A DNA stretch of 64,000 nucleotides from a bacterium (lineage in GTDB: Bacteria; Zhuqueibacterota; Zhuqueibacteria; Residuimicrobiales; Krinioviventaceae): contig OY843751.1 of the NCBI GenBank assembly GCA_963693055.1, forward strand, positions 2,560,001 through 2,624,000, read 5' to 3'. Made by a program: the position numbers and the translations under genes. Shown here piece after piece: positions 8,852 through 18,458 of the stretch. Under the pieces are notes generated by a model that was not told the origin of the DNA, searched no databases, and worked only from the letters and a program-made list of their open reading frames with translations. Positions within the stretch are counted from its first letter, which is position 1. Every line of letters starts with the position of its first letter.

Positions 8852-9526
8852 ATGGCCGATGGTGATATAACCAAAGATTTATTGAGTGAACTGGCATTAC
8901 AGCTTGAAGACGCGGACGAAGTGAAATTTACCCAGGCTGCCAAGCTCCAGGCCCTGAACCGCTCACAAGTGAGGGTGGCCCAGATGCTGCACGACGCCTA
9001 TTTGACTGAATTCCAACATGTGGATGAAGACGTGGACGCATCATCCAGGATCATTGATATATCTCAATTAAACGAGGGAAAAGGCGTTTTCAGGGGTGGA
9101 GAAGGCATTGTCCGGGTGCGGATCAAGATCGGTGGTGATGACGCAAAATTGAAATGGGCCACGGAACTGGATTTTAAAGAGGACATCAAGCGCACCCAGA
9201 ACACGCTATTGGCCGGATCGGATACCAATCCGCTGTATTATGTGTTTAATGGGCATATTTATATTCTGGTGTCCACCTATGACGAAACTACTGCCAATGT
9301 GTACTATTTGCAAATGCCGCCAAACATGTCAGAGAGTGTTGATCCGATCCTGAATCCTTCCTTACACCAGATACTGCTGGACCTTGCCGAATCCATCTGC
9401 TGGAAAATGGACAATCAACATAACCGCAGTGCAGAGGCCCGCACCAGTGCTTTTGAAGAGATTAAGGTTTTGAACGGCCGGTACACCAATCCCGAAGGCA
9501 TCGGCACAAGCAGCCGGAGGAGATAA
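8852..9526 (+). CDS. Phage head-tail adaptor/tail tubular-like protein
   Basis: AAGGAG RBS; helical N-terminus (LQALNRSQ) and YYLQMP...PILNPSLHQILLDLA resemble adaptor proteins; position in the module. Confidence 0.55.
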   Translation: MADGDITKDLLSELALQLEDADEVKFTQAAKLQALNRSQVRVAQMLHDAYLTEFQHVDEDVDASSRIIDISQLNEGKGVFRGGEGIVRVRIKIGGDDAKLKWATELDFKEDIKRTQNTLLAGSDTNPLYYVFNGHIYILVSTYDETTANVYYLQMPPNMSESVDPILNPSLHQILLDLAESICWKMDNQHNRSAEARTSAFEEIKVLNGRYTNPEGIGTSSRRR

Positions 9527-9531
9527 ATCGC

Positions 9532-10305
9532 ATGGACCCCATTACAATCGGCGCATTGGTCAAAGGCGGCAGTGCTCTCGGCAAATACGCCTATAACAAA
9601 TGGTTCAACAAACAGAAGAATTTTGATGATACCCCGGGCGGCCGTCGAATGAAACTGCTGGCCAAAGAAGGAGTGTACAATCCCCGCGTCACCCGCACTA
9701 TACTCGGACAGGTGGGCAAAGCCACCGGCAGTACTGCCCAGATTGCCAAAACCAACCTCAAAGGTAATTTGATCGCCAGCGGTATGGAAAACAGCATTGC
9801 CGGACAGGGACGTATAGCCAGTATCGACAGCCAGCGTATGGAGAAAATAGGGGACGTGGCTGCCGATCTGGCCACCAAAAACGAAATGTCCAAAGTGGAA
9901 GCGCAGGACAAATACACCATGGCCAAACAGGGATACCAGGACAGAATCAAAGCCATGGAACAGGAAAATACCGGCAACCTGGTGAGCGGACTCATCAATA
10001 CCGCGGGCAGTTATGTCATGGGCAAGGCACAGCAGACCGGTATGGAAAATATTGATTTTTCGGATCCTTCTTCCCTGACCCAGTGGGTTGCTTCACAACC
10101 TGACCAGGCCAAAGCCATGTCCCAGCTCCGGGACCTGGCTTATTCCAGTTATTACGGCGGTAAAGGCGCCAGTGCGGTGAGTGAACAGGACATATTGGGA
10201 CTGCTACAAAAAGACCCGGCAAGGGCCGGACAGACCATACAGATTTTGAATGAACTGGGCATGCTGCCGAAACGGATACTGAACTATTTAAAAGCCGGGG
10301 AATAA
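9532..10305 (+). CDS. Putative phage internal virion/DNA ejection protein
   Basis: MDPITIGALVKGG start, Ala/Gly/Gln-rich helical composition, downstream of tail genes. Confidence 0.5.
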   Translation: MDPITIGALVKGGSALGKYAYNKWFNKQKNFDDTPGGRRMKLLAKEGVYNPRVTRTILGQVGKATGSTAQIAKTNLKGNLIASGMENSIAGQGRIASIDSQRMEKIGDVAADLATKNEMSKVEAQDKYTMAKQGYQDRIKAMEQENTGNLVSGLINTAGSYVMGKAQQTGMENIDFSDPSSLTQWVASQPDQAKAMSQLRDLAYSSYYGGKGASAVSEQDILGLLQKDPARAGQTIQILNELGMLPKRILNYLKAGE

Positions 10306-10310
10306 CACAC

Positions 10311-10394
10311 ATGGCAGAGAAACTGGACCCGAAAAAGCTTGAGAAACTGGTCGGTCTGTTCCAGTCCCCGGTAGACGGCCTGGAGGCCGCATGA
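10311..10394 (+). pseudogene. 27-aa stub of the next phage gene
   Basis: MAEKLDPKKLEKLVGLFQSPVDGLEAA* begins 5 nt after the previous stop. Confidence 0.4.
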
Positions 10395-10567
10395 AATACA
10401 AAGCCAGGGAAAAGCTTTCGGCGGTGGTGCGAGTATACGTATTGGGAGAAAAAGTCGCGGTCGTCTGCCGCGACTTGCACATCTCCCGCCAAACCTGGTA
10501 CCGCTGGGAAAAAGAGTTTCGCTCTGCAATTGGAAAGATTTGGGGTGGGCTGAAAAAGTTGAATTAA
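10391..10567 (+). CDS. Small helix-turn-helix protein (58 aa)
   Basis: Manual translation MKYKAREKLSAVVRVYVLGEKVAVVCRDLHISRQTWYRWEKEF..., a transposase-type HTH; ATGA overlap with the stub. Confidence 0.6.
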   Translation: MKYKAREKLSAVVRVYVLGEKVAVVCRDLHISRQTWYRWEKEFRSAIGKIWGGLKKLN

Positions 10568-10912
10568 ATCAAATGGTTGAATAGAAAATCTGATTCCCTT
10601 TTTTATTTAAAATAATTCATATTTCAATTGCATGTTTCTACGAAAATACATTTATTAAAATATTCAAACATTAAACTGATACGGGGTATCTTGGGTGGAA
10701 AACTTTTATATGTTATGACGATCTATACTCATGTACCTAACAATGGCGATTAAGGTATTCGCAGCCCAGTTGATGATCTGTAGCAAAGTGTAATCTGGAA
10801 TACAAGTCGTATAACATAAAATTATGGTCATTGTTTTTTTATGATAACATCATGTTTTTATTGTAATTGAGTCAGAATATCGTGATTTGTTAAACGACAA
10901 GTATTTGCATTC

Positions 10913-10952
10913 TATAATTGGTTATCAAACTCGTTAAATACTATGTTAGAAT
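10913..10952 (+). promoter_or_regulatory. Putative -10 box (TATAAT 10913-10918) and attI-like crossover core GTTAGAAT (10945-10952)
   Basis: GTTAGAAT is the reverse complement of ATTCTAAC, which starts attC1; no attC hairpin upstream of it. Confidence 0.55.
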
Positions 10953-10969
10953 GAAAAAGGAGAAATCGA

Positions 10970-11872
10970 ATGTCAGAGGACAATCAGAAAACTACCAAGT
11001 TCGATGCAGCAGCATCCAAACTCAGATCGGTGACTAGCGGAGCCCTGAGACTTACGGTTATCATTCTCTTTGCCGTCGTGGCATGGCGAATAGCTTGGTC
11101 GAATTTCAGTTTGGATCTCAGTAAATTCGATTTTACTGATCTTCTGGCTATGATTTTAGCTCTCTTTGCGATGGGGATGTCGGTGGCTTTTTACTTTAAG
11201 TCCACGGATTCAAGCAATCAATTCTACGACAACATTTACAATTTCACGCAAAAGACATCTGAAATTCTTGGCCGTATTGAAGAACGATTTGGTGAGCGAC
11301 TTAAGCATCTTGACGAAGGCTATGGGAGAATGCAGTCGCAGTTCGATGGAATTGCAAAGACACCAGGCGAGATTGAAAAGGAAGTTAAAGAAACAGAGGG
11401 AAAAGAAGAGCAAGAAAAAGAGAAGCTCGAAGAAGCCAAAAAGGCAATGCAAGAGATGATGGAGACGCTTGCTGAAAAAGCAAAATTACAGCAAAAAGAA
11501 AAAGAGGAATTCTACCAGAAGATGGGTGAACTCGCAACCGAGAGAGACTTGGCACAACAAAAACTTCGCGAGCTTGAAGAAGATCGTGACGGGATGAGGC
11601 AACAACTTCATATGATGGAGCGGGACATGATGGAGGATCCAGAGCTACATAATCCAATAGTAATGGAAATACTTCGTCACCCTGAAATACGACATCTACT
11701 TCGAGATGGTACTCCTGCCCGCATCATTCGAAGACAGGCTCAGCGTCTTTTTTCTGAGATGCCGATACAATTTCTCAAACAACTGCGCGAAGCCGGAATA
11801 ATCAACGAAAATAACGAGCTAACCACCGCTGGCGGGCTAATGCTGCGATCGATGTCACGACGATATAGATGA
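10970..11872 (+). CDS. Cassette 1: two-TM, coiled-coil protein with C-terminal winged-helix-like tail
   Basis: AAGGAG RBS, two hydrophobic helices, E/K-rich coil, LREAGIINENNELTTAG. Confidence 0.8.
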   Translation: MSEDNQKTTKFDAAASKLRSVTSGALRLTVIILFAVVAWRIAWSNFSLDLSKFDFTDLLAMILALFAMGMSVAFYFKSTDSSNQFYDNIYNFTQKTSEILGRIEERFGERLKHLDEGYGRMQSQFDGIAKTPGEIEKEVKETEGKEEQEKEKLEEAKKAMQEMMETLAEKAKLQQKEKEEFYQKMGELATERDLAQQKLRELEEDRDGMRQQLHMMERDMMEDPELHNPIVMEILRHPEIRHLLRDGTPARIIRRQAQRLFSEMPIQFLKQLREAGIINENNELTTAGGLMLRSMSRRYR

Positions 11873-11875
11873 AGA

Positions 11876-11927
11876 TTCTAACAAAGGCATCCACACGTAC
11901 GCGCGCCGGTGATGCCAGCCGTTAGCT
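11876..11927 (+). other. attC site 1 (52 bp, unusually short)
   Basis: TTCTAAC...GGCATC..GATGCC...GTTAGCT. Confidence 0.8.
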
Positions 11928-11944
11928 TTTATGGAAGATAGACT

Positions 11945-12598
11945 ATGGAAATTGCTAAAATTATTCTAGAATACTTAAAGGTTACTATCTGGCCTATCAC
12001 AACCTTTATATTATTACTAATTTTCAAAAAAGATATTTGTAAAATTTTAATGCGATTGAAAAAAGCAGATTTACCTGGCGGTATATCTCTTGAAACATTT
12101 CCAGAACAAATTGAAGAAGCAAAATCTTTATTAATAGAAGTTAAGGAAGAAAAGAAAGAAGAAGATAAATTAAGAAAACAAATATATGCTACAATTCCAT
12201 TAACAGAAGCAAACGCAAAAATGATAACATTAGGTCTTGCACCATCACCTTCAGGTCTTGAACTTGATAAATACAAACAATTAGCTGAACGAGATCCAAA
12301 CTTAGCACTTGCAGGACTCAGGATGGAACTTGAAATAATGTTGAAAAATTTGGCAAAAGGCTATAAAATCAATATTAACAAAAGGGCTTCAACGACGAAC
12401 ATTACTAAGGAATTGAAAGAAAAAAATGCTATAACTAAAAATCAATCTGATTTAATACACACAATTATAAATTTAGCAAATGCCGCTGTTCATGGTGTTA
12501 AGGTTACAAAGTCTCAGGCCAATGATATCCTACAAATATCAGAAACATTAAGAGATCAATATATTAATTGGCTGAGTTGGGGCTTTACTGATAAATAA
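11945..12598 (+). CDS. Cassette 2: N-terminal TM protein with DUF4145/HEPN-like C-terminus
   Basis: WPITTFILLLIFK TM helix; LRMELEIML...INLANAAVHG resembles a HEPN fold with a degenerate RxxxxH. Confidence 0.6.
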   Translation: MEIAKIILEYLKVTIWPITTFILLLIFKKDICKILMRLKKADLPGGISLETFPEQIEEAKSLLIEVKEEKKEEDKLRKQIYATIPLTEANAKMITLGLAPSPSGLELDKYKQLAERDPNLALAGLRMELEIMLKNLAKGYKININKRASTTNITKELKEKNAITKNQSDLIHTIINLANAAVHGVKVTKSQANDILQISETLRDQYINWLSWGFTDK

Positions 12599-12601
12599 TA
12601 A

Positions 12602-12725
12602 AGCTAACAATTGTTTCCAGCGGATCGCTAAAGCGATCCACTAAATTCCACGTGGACGTGGAATTCGAAATACAACATTCGGGACGCTTGCTCTTGGCTC
12701 GCGACCGCTGAAACAGACGTTATAA
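12602..12725 (+). other. attC site 2 (124 bp)
   Basis: AGCTAAC...TGTTTCCAGCGG/CCGCTGAAACA...GTTATAA. Confidence 0.9.
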
Positions 12726-12758
12726 GTAATCTCGAGCCTCGCGCAAAGGAGTATAAAT

Positions 12759-13318
12759 ATGAAATGTTCCGTATATATAGCAACAAGTGTAGATGGGTAA
12801 TTGCAACACCTGATGGAGGTGTTGATTGGCTGCATACAGCAGGTAATTTAGAAGCTGACATGGGCGATGAAGATATGGGGTTTCGTGATTTTATGGACTC
12901 CTTAGACTGCATGATAATGGGGCGTAAGTGCATGGAAATGATTTCCAATATAAACTTAACCCCAGAACAATGGATTTATGGTGACATGCCTATTTTTGTA
13001 CTCAGCAATACAGTTAAAGAGGCTCCTGAAAATCTTCGAGGGAAAGTTGAAATGTATTCCGGCAATATTAAAGAATTAACTTTAAAGCTCGAGAAGAACG
13101 GATATACACACGCATACATTGATGGTGGTTCCACTATTACATCGTTTCTAAATCATGGCCTAATTAGCGAAATGATTATAACCAAAGCCCCTGTACTTTT
13201 AGGCGAAGGTCTTCCCCTTTTTGGAAAAATCAACAAAAAGCTAAAGTTAGAAAATACTGAAGTGAAATCGTTCCCAAATTACTGGTATCAACTTAAGTGT
13301 AGCGTAAATTACTTATAA
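12759..13318 (+). pseudogene. Cassette 3: dihydrofolate reductase/RibD-C family protein with early frameshift
   Basis: The true start ATG 12759 gives MKCSVYIATSVDG* (TAA 12798). The rest (IATPDGGVDWL, IMGRK, YIDGG, PVLLGEGLPLF) is in another frame, consistent with a 1-nt deletion. Confidence 0.85.
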
Positions 13319-13384
13319 CAAATGCATGCACCGGAGCTTCCCGCCGCTGTCGCTCTAGGAACCCCGGTGATGCTGGTGTTAGGC
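13313..13384 (+). other. attC site 3 (72 bp)
   Basis: TTATAAC...GCATGCACCGG/CCGGTGATGC...GTTAGGC. Confidence 0.9.
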
Positions 13385-13403
13385 TTTAACAGGGAGGTGG
13401 TTT

Positions 13404-13877
13404 TTGATCCAGATCTACAAGAATCTTTATGTTGGTGAAGATTTTGAGTGTTTTGATGATAAAGAGAAGTGGGTCACTGTCCATGCTTGTAAATCTCCAT
13501 GTCATCAGCGAATCATAGGCTATAGAGGTAGTCTTCCATCGAACCATCCACACTATTTAGTTTATGAAAATGATAGAAACTTGTATTTAAATATTATTGA
13601 TCCCCCCATCCCACTCTTCAAACTAGAACTTTTTACAACTTTTCTTAAGTTCGGAGCGAAGCATTATAAAGAGGAAAAATTAATTTTCATTCATTGTAAT
13701 CGAGGTGAGTCTCGAGCACCATCGTTAGCACTCCTCTTTTTAGCAAAACATTTAAAGGCTATTGACAACAATTCATACCAAACTGCGATGAGTGAATTTG
13801 CTGCAATTTACCCCCAGTATAATCCAGGAAATGGGATAAGAAAATTTCTGACTGAAAACTGGACAATAATAAAATGA
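13404..13877 (+). CDS. Cassette 4a: dual-specificity/tyrosine phosphatase-like protein
   Basis: IYKNLYVG N-terminus and catalytic HCNRGESR (HCxxGxSR); GGAGG RBS with TTG start. Confidence 0.88.
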   Translation: MIQIYKNLYVGEDFECFDDKEKWVTVHACKSPCHQRIIGYRGSLPSNHPHYLVYENDRNLYLNIIDPPIPLFKLELFTTFLKFGAKHYKEEKLIFIHCNRGESRAPSLALLFLAKHLKAIDNNSYQTAMSEFAAIYPQYNPGNGIRKFLTENWTIIK

Positions 13878-14596
13878 TAATGATTTTTTTTGATGAAACT
13901 GGTGATTCAAAATTTAAAGAATATTTTGGCATTTGTTGCGTCCGGATTAATTCCGCATTCTATACACAAGTTAAAAGAGAATTTCAAAGTATCCTTGAAT
14001 CAAACCAATGGGACACAAATATTGAGTTCAAAGGATCGCATTTATTTTCAGCAAATAGTGGCGATACTAATATTACTATCGATCAGAGGATCAATATAGC
14101 TGAATCCTTAATAGGTTTAAATACTGCGAATAAAAATGCACGGATTTGCTTCTCCTATTTTAGCAAAGTATCAACCGACCATAGAAGTGATTATTTAGAA
14201 TATTTGCCTATATTATTGGATAAGGCCCTTCCAAAAGTAAATCATAAAAACGGGAAGGATATTGTTACAATCCATTGCGATAATAGAAGCGATATTTCAA
14301 TCAATGAGGTCCGAGAGAGCATTATGCCGATCATATCATCAAATGAATATACATTATTTGAAGATGTCTCGATGCCGAATTCTCGATTTGAAACTGTAGG
14401 CTTATTATACGCTGATTTAATCGGATATTTGATCGCCAGAGTTGAAACAATTAGTTCAGATGCGGAATTGTTCGAAAATATTCCACAGGATCAATGGGAA
14501 AACAATGGTAAGGTTAAAAAATTGAAATCATCAACAAAGCTATTGCAGCAGATAAAAAATATAAATTTATACAAAGTTAAAGGTAGTCAAGGCTAA
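13874..14596 (+). CDS. Cassette 4b: DUF3800-like (RNase H-like fold) protein
   Basis: FFDETGD N-terminal motif, EFKG, and LLYADLIGY; ATGA overlap with the phosphatase gene. Confidence 0.7.
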   Translation: MIMIFFDETGDSKFKEYFGICCVRINSAFYTQVKREFQSILESNQWDTNIEFKGSHLFSANSGDTNITIDQRINIAESLIGLNTANKNARICFSYFSKVSTDHRSDYLEYLPILLDKALPKVNHKNGKDIVTIHCDNRSDISINEVRESIMPIISSNEYTLFEDVSMPNSRFETVGLLYADLIGYLIARVETISSDAELFENIPQDQWENNGKVKKLKSSTKLLQQIKNINLYKVKGSQG

Positions 14597-14719
14597 CAAG
14601 CTGCTGCACGCGACGGCTGGCGCCGTCGCTTTTGACAGCTTCGCTGTCAAAAGCTTTGGTAGATTTCGTGGCTTATGCTGATTAGCTTCCAGCCGCCGCG
14701 CGTGAGCAAAGTGTTAGCT
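14591..14719 (+). other. attC site 4 (129 bp)
   Basis: GGCTAAC...TGCTGCACGCG/CGCGTGAGCA...GTTAGCT, with internal hairpin CTTTTGACAGC/GCTGTCAAAAG. Confidence 0.9.
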
Positions 14720-14750
14720 GCTCAAGGCATTTCCAAAACAAGGAGATTTA

Positions 14751-16421
14751 ATGAAATTACCAGAACCACAAACAAGAACATTTTCTAGTCTAATCTCAGA
14801 AATAGAGAAAGGCCAGATTAAAATCCCGCAGTTCCAAAGAGACTTTGTGTGGACAATTCAAAAGTCTGCTGGGTTAATTGATAGTGTTATTAAAGGTTAT
14901 CCGATAGGCACTTTTATTTTTTGGAAAACGAAGGACAGGCTGCGCTCTGTTAGGGATATAGGAATTCAAGTTTTGCCGGATCCTGAACTGGGTGAATCTG
15001 TAGATTATGTACTTGATGGACAGCAACGATTAACAAGTTTGTATGCTTGCTTGAAAGGGGTAAGCATAAAACGAGAAGATAGCAAGAAGATTGATGACTT
15101 TTCAAAAATATATATAAATTTAGAATCTGATGAAGATGAAAAAATAGTTACAACGGAAGTTGATGAAGAAAAAATCGATCACCATATAAGTATTCTTGAT
15201 TTGCTTACGGGAGATTTCACCGTTTTAGCATCTTATCCTGCTGAATACCATGAAAAATTAAAGCTCTACAAGAATAGGATTGAGAGCTACCAATATTCGA
15301 TTATTCAAGTTAAAGAAGCACCCATTGATATTGCAACAGAAATATTTACAAGGATTAACGTTGGAGGAAAACCCCTTTCCTTATTCGAAATAATGGTTGC
15401 AAAAACATTTGATTACGAAAAGGATTTTGATTTATCTGAGAAGTTCGAACAACTAATTGATAATCTTAAGCCTCACGATTACGAAACAATATCTGATGCT
15501 ACAGTATTGCAAGTTGTTTCAATGATTATTTCTAAAGAATGCAAGCGTCAAGTAATATTGAAGATAGATAAAACTAAGTTTATTGATACCTGGGATAGGG
15601 CTGTTGACTCAATTGAAAGAACGGTTGAATACTTTAAAAGTTACTACAGAATCCCTGTTTCTCAGCTACTTCCATACAATGCATTAATAGTTCCTTTTTC
15701 ATATTTCTTTTTTCATCATAAAGATAAACCTACAGGGGATAAACAAAAATATCTACAAGACTTTTTTTGGCGATGTTCGTTATCAGGTCGTTATTCATCT
15801 TCTGTAGAGAGTAAATTAGCTCAGGATATAAAGAGAATTGAAAATATTCTTGAAGATAAATTGCCGATTTATGATTGGTCAATTGATTCCTCTAAGGATT
15901 TTATTATTGATAATGGCTGGTTTAGTGCGGGAAGGAGCTATATTAAGGCAATTTTATGCATATACGCATATCATCAGCCGAAATCATTTATTGACAACTC
16001 TCTGGTGAACATTAGTAATTACTGGCTAAAACAGGCTAACAGTAAGAACTATCACCACTTTTTTCCTAGGGCGTATCTAAAAAAGCAAGGAGAGGAGGAA
16101 CACTATATTAACCATATATTGAATATCACAATAGTGGATGATTTTTTGAACAAGCGTGAAATAGGTGCAAAAGCACCTTCAAAATACATGAGCCAGTTCA
16201 AAAAGATTAATCCTGAAATAGAGTCCTCAATGAAATCACATCTTATTAATGATTTATATGGTTTTGGTGTTTTGGAGGATGACTATGATTCTTTCTTCGA
16301 AAGTAGAGCAAATTTGCTCAATAAGGAAATAGAAAAACGAATCATAAAGCAAGAAGTTGATAGAAAATCGCAGCCAGATATTCAGGATGATTATGAGGAA
16401 GAACCAACTGTTACAGAATAA
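14751..16421 (+). CDS. Cassette 5: DUF262 + HNH-like protein (GmrSD type IV restriction-like)
   Basis: IPQFQRDFVW, LIDSVIKGYPIG, VLDGQQRLTSL, FTRINVGGKPL and C-terminal HHFFPR...NITIV..LN. Confidence 0.9.
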   Translation: MKLPEPQTRTFSSLISEIEKGQIKIPQFQRDFVWTIQKSAGLIDSVIKGYPIGTFIFWKTKDRLRSVRDIGIQVLPDPELGESVDYVLDGQQRLTSLYACLKGVSIKREDSKKIDDFSKIYINLESDEDEKIVTTEVDEEKIDHHISILDLLTGDFTVLASYPAEYHEKLKLYKNRIESYQYSIIQVKEAPIDIATEIFTRINVGGKPLSLFEIMVAKTFDYEKDFDLSEKFEQLIDNLKPHDYETISDATVLQVVSMIISKECKRQVILKIDKTKFIDTWDRAVDSIERTVEYFKSYYRIPVSQLLPYNALIVPFSYFFFHHKDKPTGDKQKYLQDFFWRCSLSGRYSSSVESKLAQDIKRIENILEDKLPIYDWSIDSSKDFIIDNGWFSAGRSYIKAILCIYAYHQPKSFIDNSLVNISNYWLKQANSKNYHHFFPRAYLKKQGEEEHYINHILNITIVDDFLNKREIGAKAPSKYMSQFKKINPEIESSMKSHLINDLYGFGVLEDDYDSFFESRANLLNKEIEKRIIKQEVDRKSQPDIQDDYEEEPTVTE

Positions 16422-16426
16422 ACTGC

Positions 16427-16507
16427 AGCTAACAATCACATTCACTCGGACAGCAAAAAGCGCCGCTTCGCTCTGCCTTTTGCTGCCGGTGATGTGAAGC
16501 GTTATAA
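16427..16507 (+). other. attC site 5 (81 bp)
   Basis: AGCTAAC...TCACATTCAC/GTGATGTGA...GTTATAA. Confidence 0.9.
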
Positions 16508-16693
16508 AGAACACACACTAAAGTAACAACTCTTCCAACATCCCCCTTATTTTTCCTAAACTTACCTCATTTTTCACACCAATTCTGTCACTCCTTGCAC
16601 TACAATATATAGATTATTCTTGCATCAAAGGAACCATATATAATATATTTCATTTTATTCCATAAACATAGGTGTAAACGAAAGGAGAATCCT

Positions 16694-18360
16694 ATGGCTA
16701 AAGTGGATGAATTTCTGTTATCACTGCATGCAAAAGAAATCATTACCAGTTTGCGGTCTATGAAAACGGCAAATAAAAAGTCATAACCATCCGGGATGAC
16801 GCGCTGGTGCGCGGATTAAAGAATATGGGAGCTGAAAAAGGACTGCGTTTTCTGGACAATATCAATACGTGGTTACGGGCGGTCAATACCATGCTCAATC
16901 CGGAATTTATACTGACCAATTTTGAGCGGGACTTGCAGACCGCCCTGATCAACATATCCGGTGAACAAGTTAAAGGACTGAAACGTAAAGTTGTTAAAGA
17001 CATTCCCAAAGCCATGAAAGGGATCATGTCCGAACTGCGGGGCGAAGGAGAAGGAGAGTGGGCAGACCATTTTCAGTCTTTTAAAGCTGAAGGCGCGAAA
17101 ACCGGCTGGTATGACAATACATCATTGGAAGAAAAACAGAAACAGTTTGAAAAGAAAATCCGGTTTTACAGCAAAGGCAGCAAGTGGGCCCAGATGGCCA
17201 AAGCCACAACGGATTTTATCTGGGATTTGAACGAGACTGTTGAAAACGCCGTCCGTCTGGCCGCTTACAAGAACGCCATTGATGCCGGGTACACCCGGAA
17301 GCAGGCCGCCAATCTGGCCAAAAACCTGACCGTCAATTTTAACAAAAAAGGCGAAATTGGTGCTGCACTTAATAGTTGGTATCTTTTCAGTAATGCCGGA
17401 ATCCAGGGCGGCGCTCGCCTGGTCACTGCTTTAAAGAGCCCTAAAGTACAAAAACTGGCCGTCGGACTGGTAGCGTTCAGCTTTTTACTGGATATGTATA
17501 ACCGCTGGTATGATGAAGACGAATATGAGAAAATCCCGGAATACATCCGCGACACCAATTACGTGCTCATGATGCCTAATGGCAAATATCTCATGATCAA
17601 ACTGCCCTATGGATACAATGTGTTTAACGTCATGGGCAATGCCTTTGCAGAAGTTTATGATATGATGGGTGAAAAACGGACCACATCCCGGGAGTTGCTG
17701 CACCAGGGCGGTCGTATTATGAGTAATTTGGTTGACGCTTTTAATCCACTGGGAAACAGCGGTTCAGTGATACAGTTAATCATGCCTACAATATTCGATC
17801 CTTTAGCCCAGATCGGGGAGAACAAGAACTTTTTTGGCGATCCTATCAGAAAAGACCAACCGGCTTATGGTACCAAAGTACCGGAAAGTCAATTGTATTT
17901 CAAGGGTGTAAATCCCTTAACCCGGGCTTTTACGGATTGGTTAAACCGCGCCTTTGGCGGTTCCGAGGTGAAACAAAGCAGCAAATATACAGATATTAAT
18001 CCTGAAAATATCGATCATTTGATTGAATATATTGGCGGTGGTTTGGGCCGCATGCTGGCAAACACTATAACAACCGGTATGTCCCTAATCAAGGAAAGCA
18101 AACTGCCGGACCTTAACAAAATCCCCTTTGTCCGCAAGGTGGTAGGAGAAACAACGGACTGGACAGAAACACAGAAACTGTACGGCATGTTGGAGGAAGC
18201 AGGTCGTACCGAATACACAGAAACCGAAAAGGAGCAATTTTACAACGATTTGGCCGCGGCTTTTGAAAATGGGTTGATCGACAAGACACAATATCGTCGA
18301 GTCAGGAGTATGTTCAATAACGCCCAGGCCAAACTGCAGCAATCCCTACAGCCGCAATAA
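16694..18360 (+). pseudogene. Remnant of a phage large polyvalent protein (LPD38-like C-terminal domain)
   Basis: NPEFILTNFERDLQTA, AANLAKNLTVNFNKKGE, LFSNAGIQG, LPYGYN, NKNFFGDPI. Upstream broken pieces: MAKVDEFLLSLHAKE, then a frameshift and ENGK*KVITIRDDAL. Confidence 0.75.
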
Positions 18361-18458
18361 GGCTTTATATTATTGATCACTCTTTTCTCTGACGATTGAC
18401 AACAACCGGATAAGCTGAACGCATATCCGGGAACCTGTTCAACATTGGAGAAAAACCC

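Larger units (their letters stand above)
10945..16507 (+). mobile_element. Integron gene-cassette array without integrase (CALIN), 5 cassettes
   Basis: Five attC sites, each RYYYAAC...GTTRRRY-like with internal palindromes. Each cassette's leading GTT core is complementary to its own trailing AAC box (one mismatch in cassette 4). No intI in the window. Confidence 0.93.

Noticed and set aside
10570-10940. Remnant intI or LexA box upstream of the cassettes
   Set aside because: No tyrosine recombinase motifs or convincing CTGT-N8-ACAG seen.
12628-12948. Minus-strand ORFs across attC2
   Set aside because: They overlap the attC palindrome and the DHFR-like gene; no RBS or motifs.
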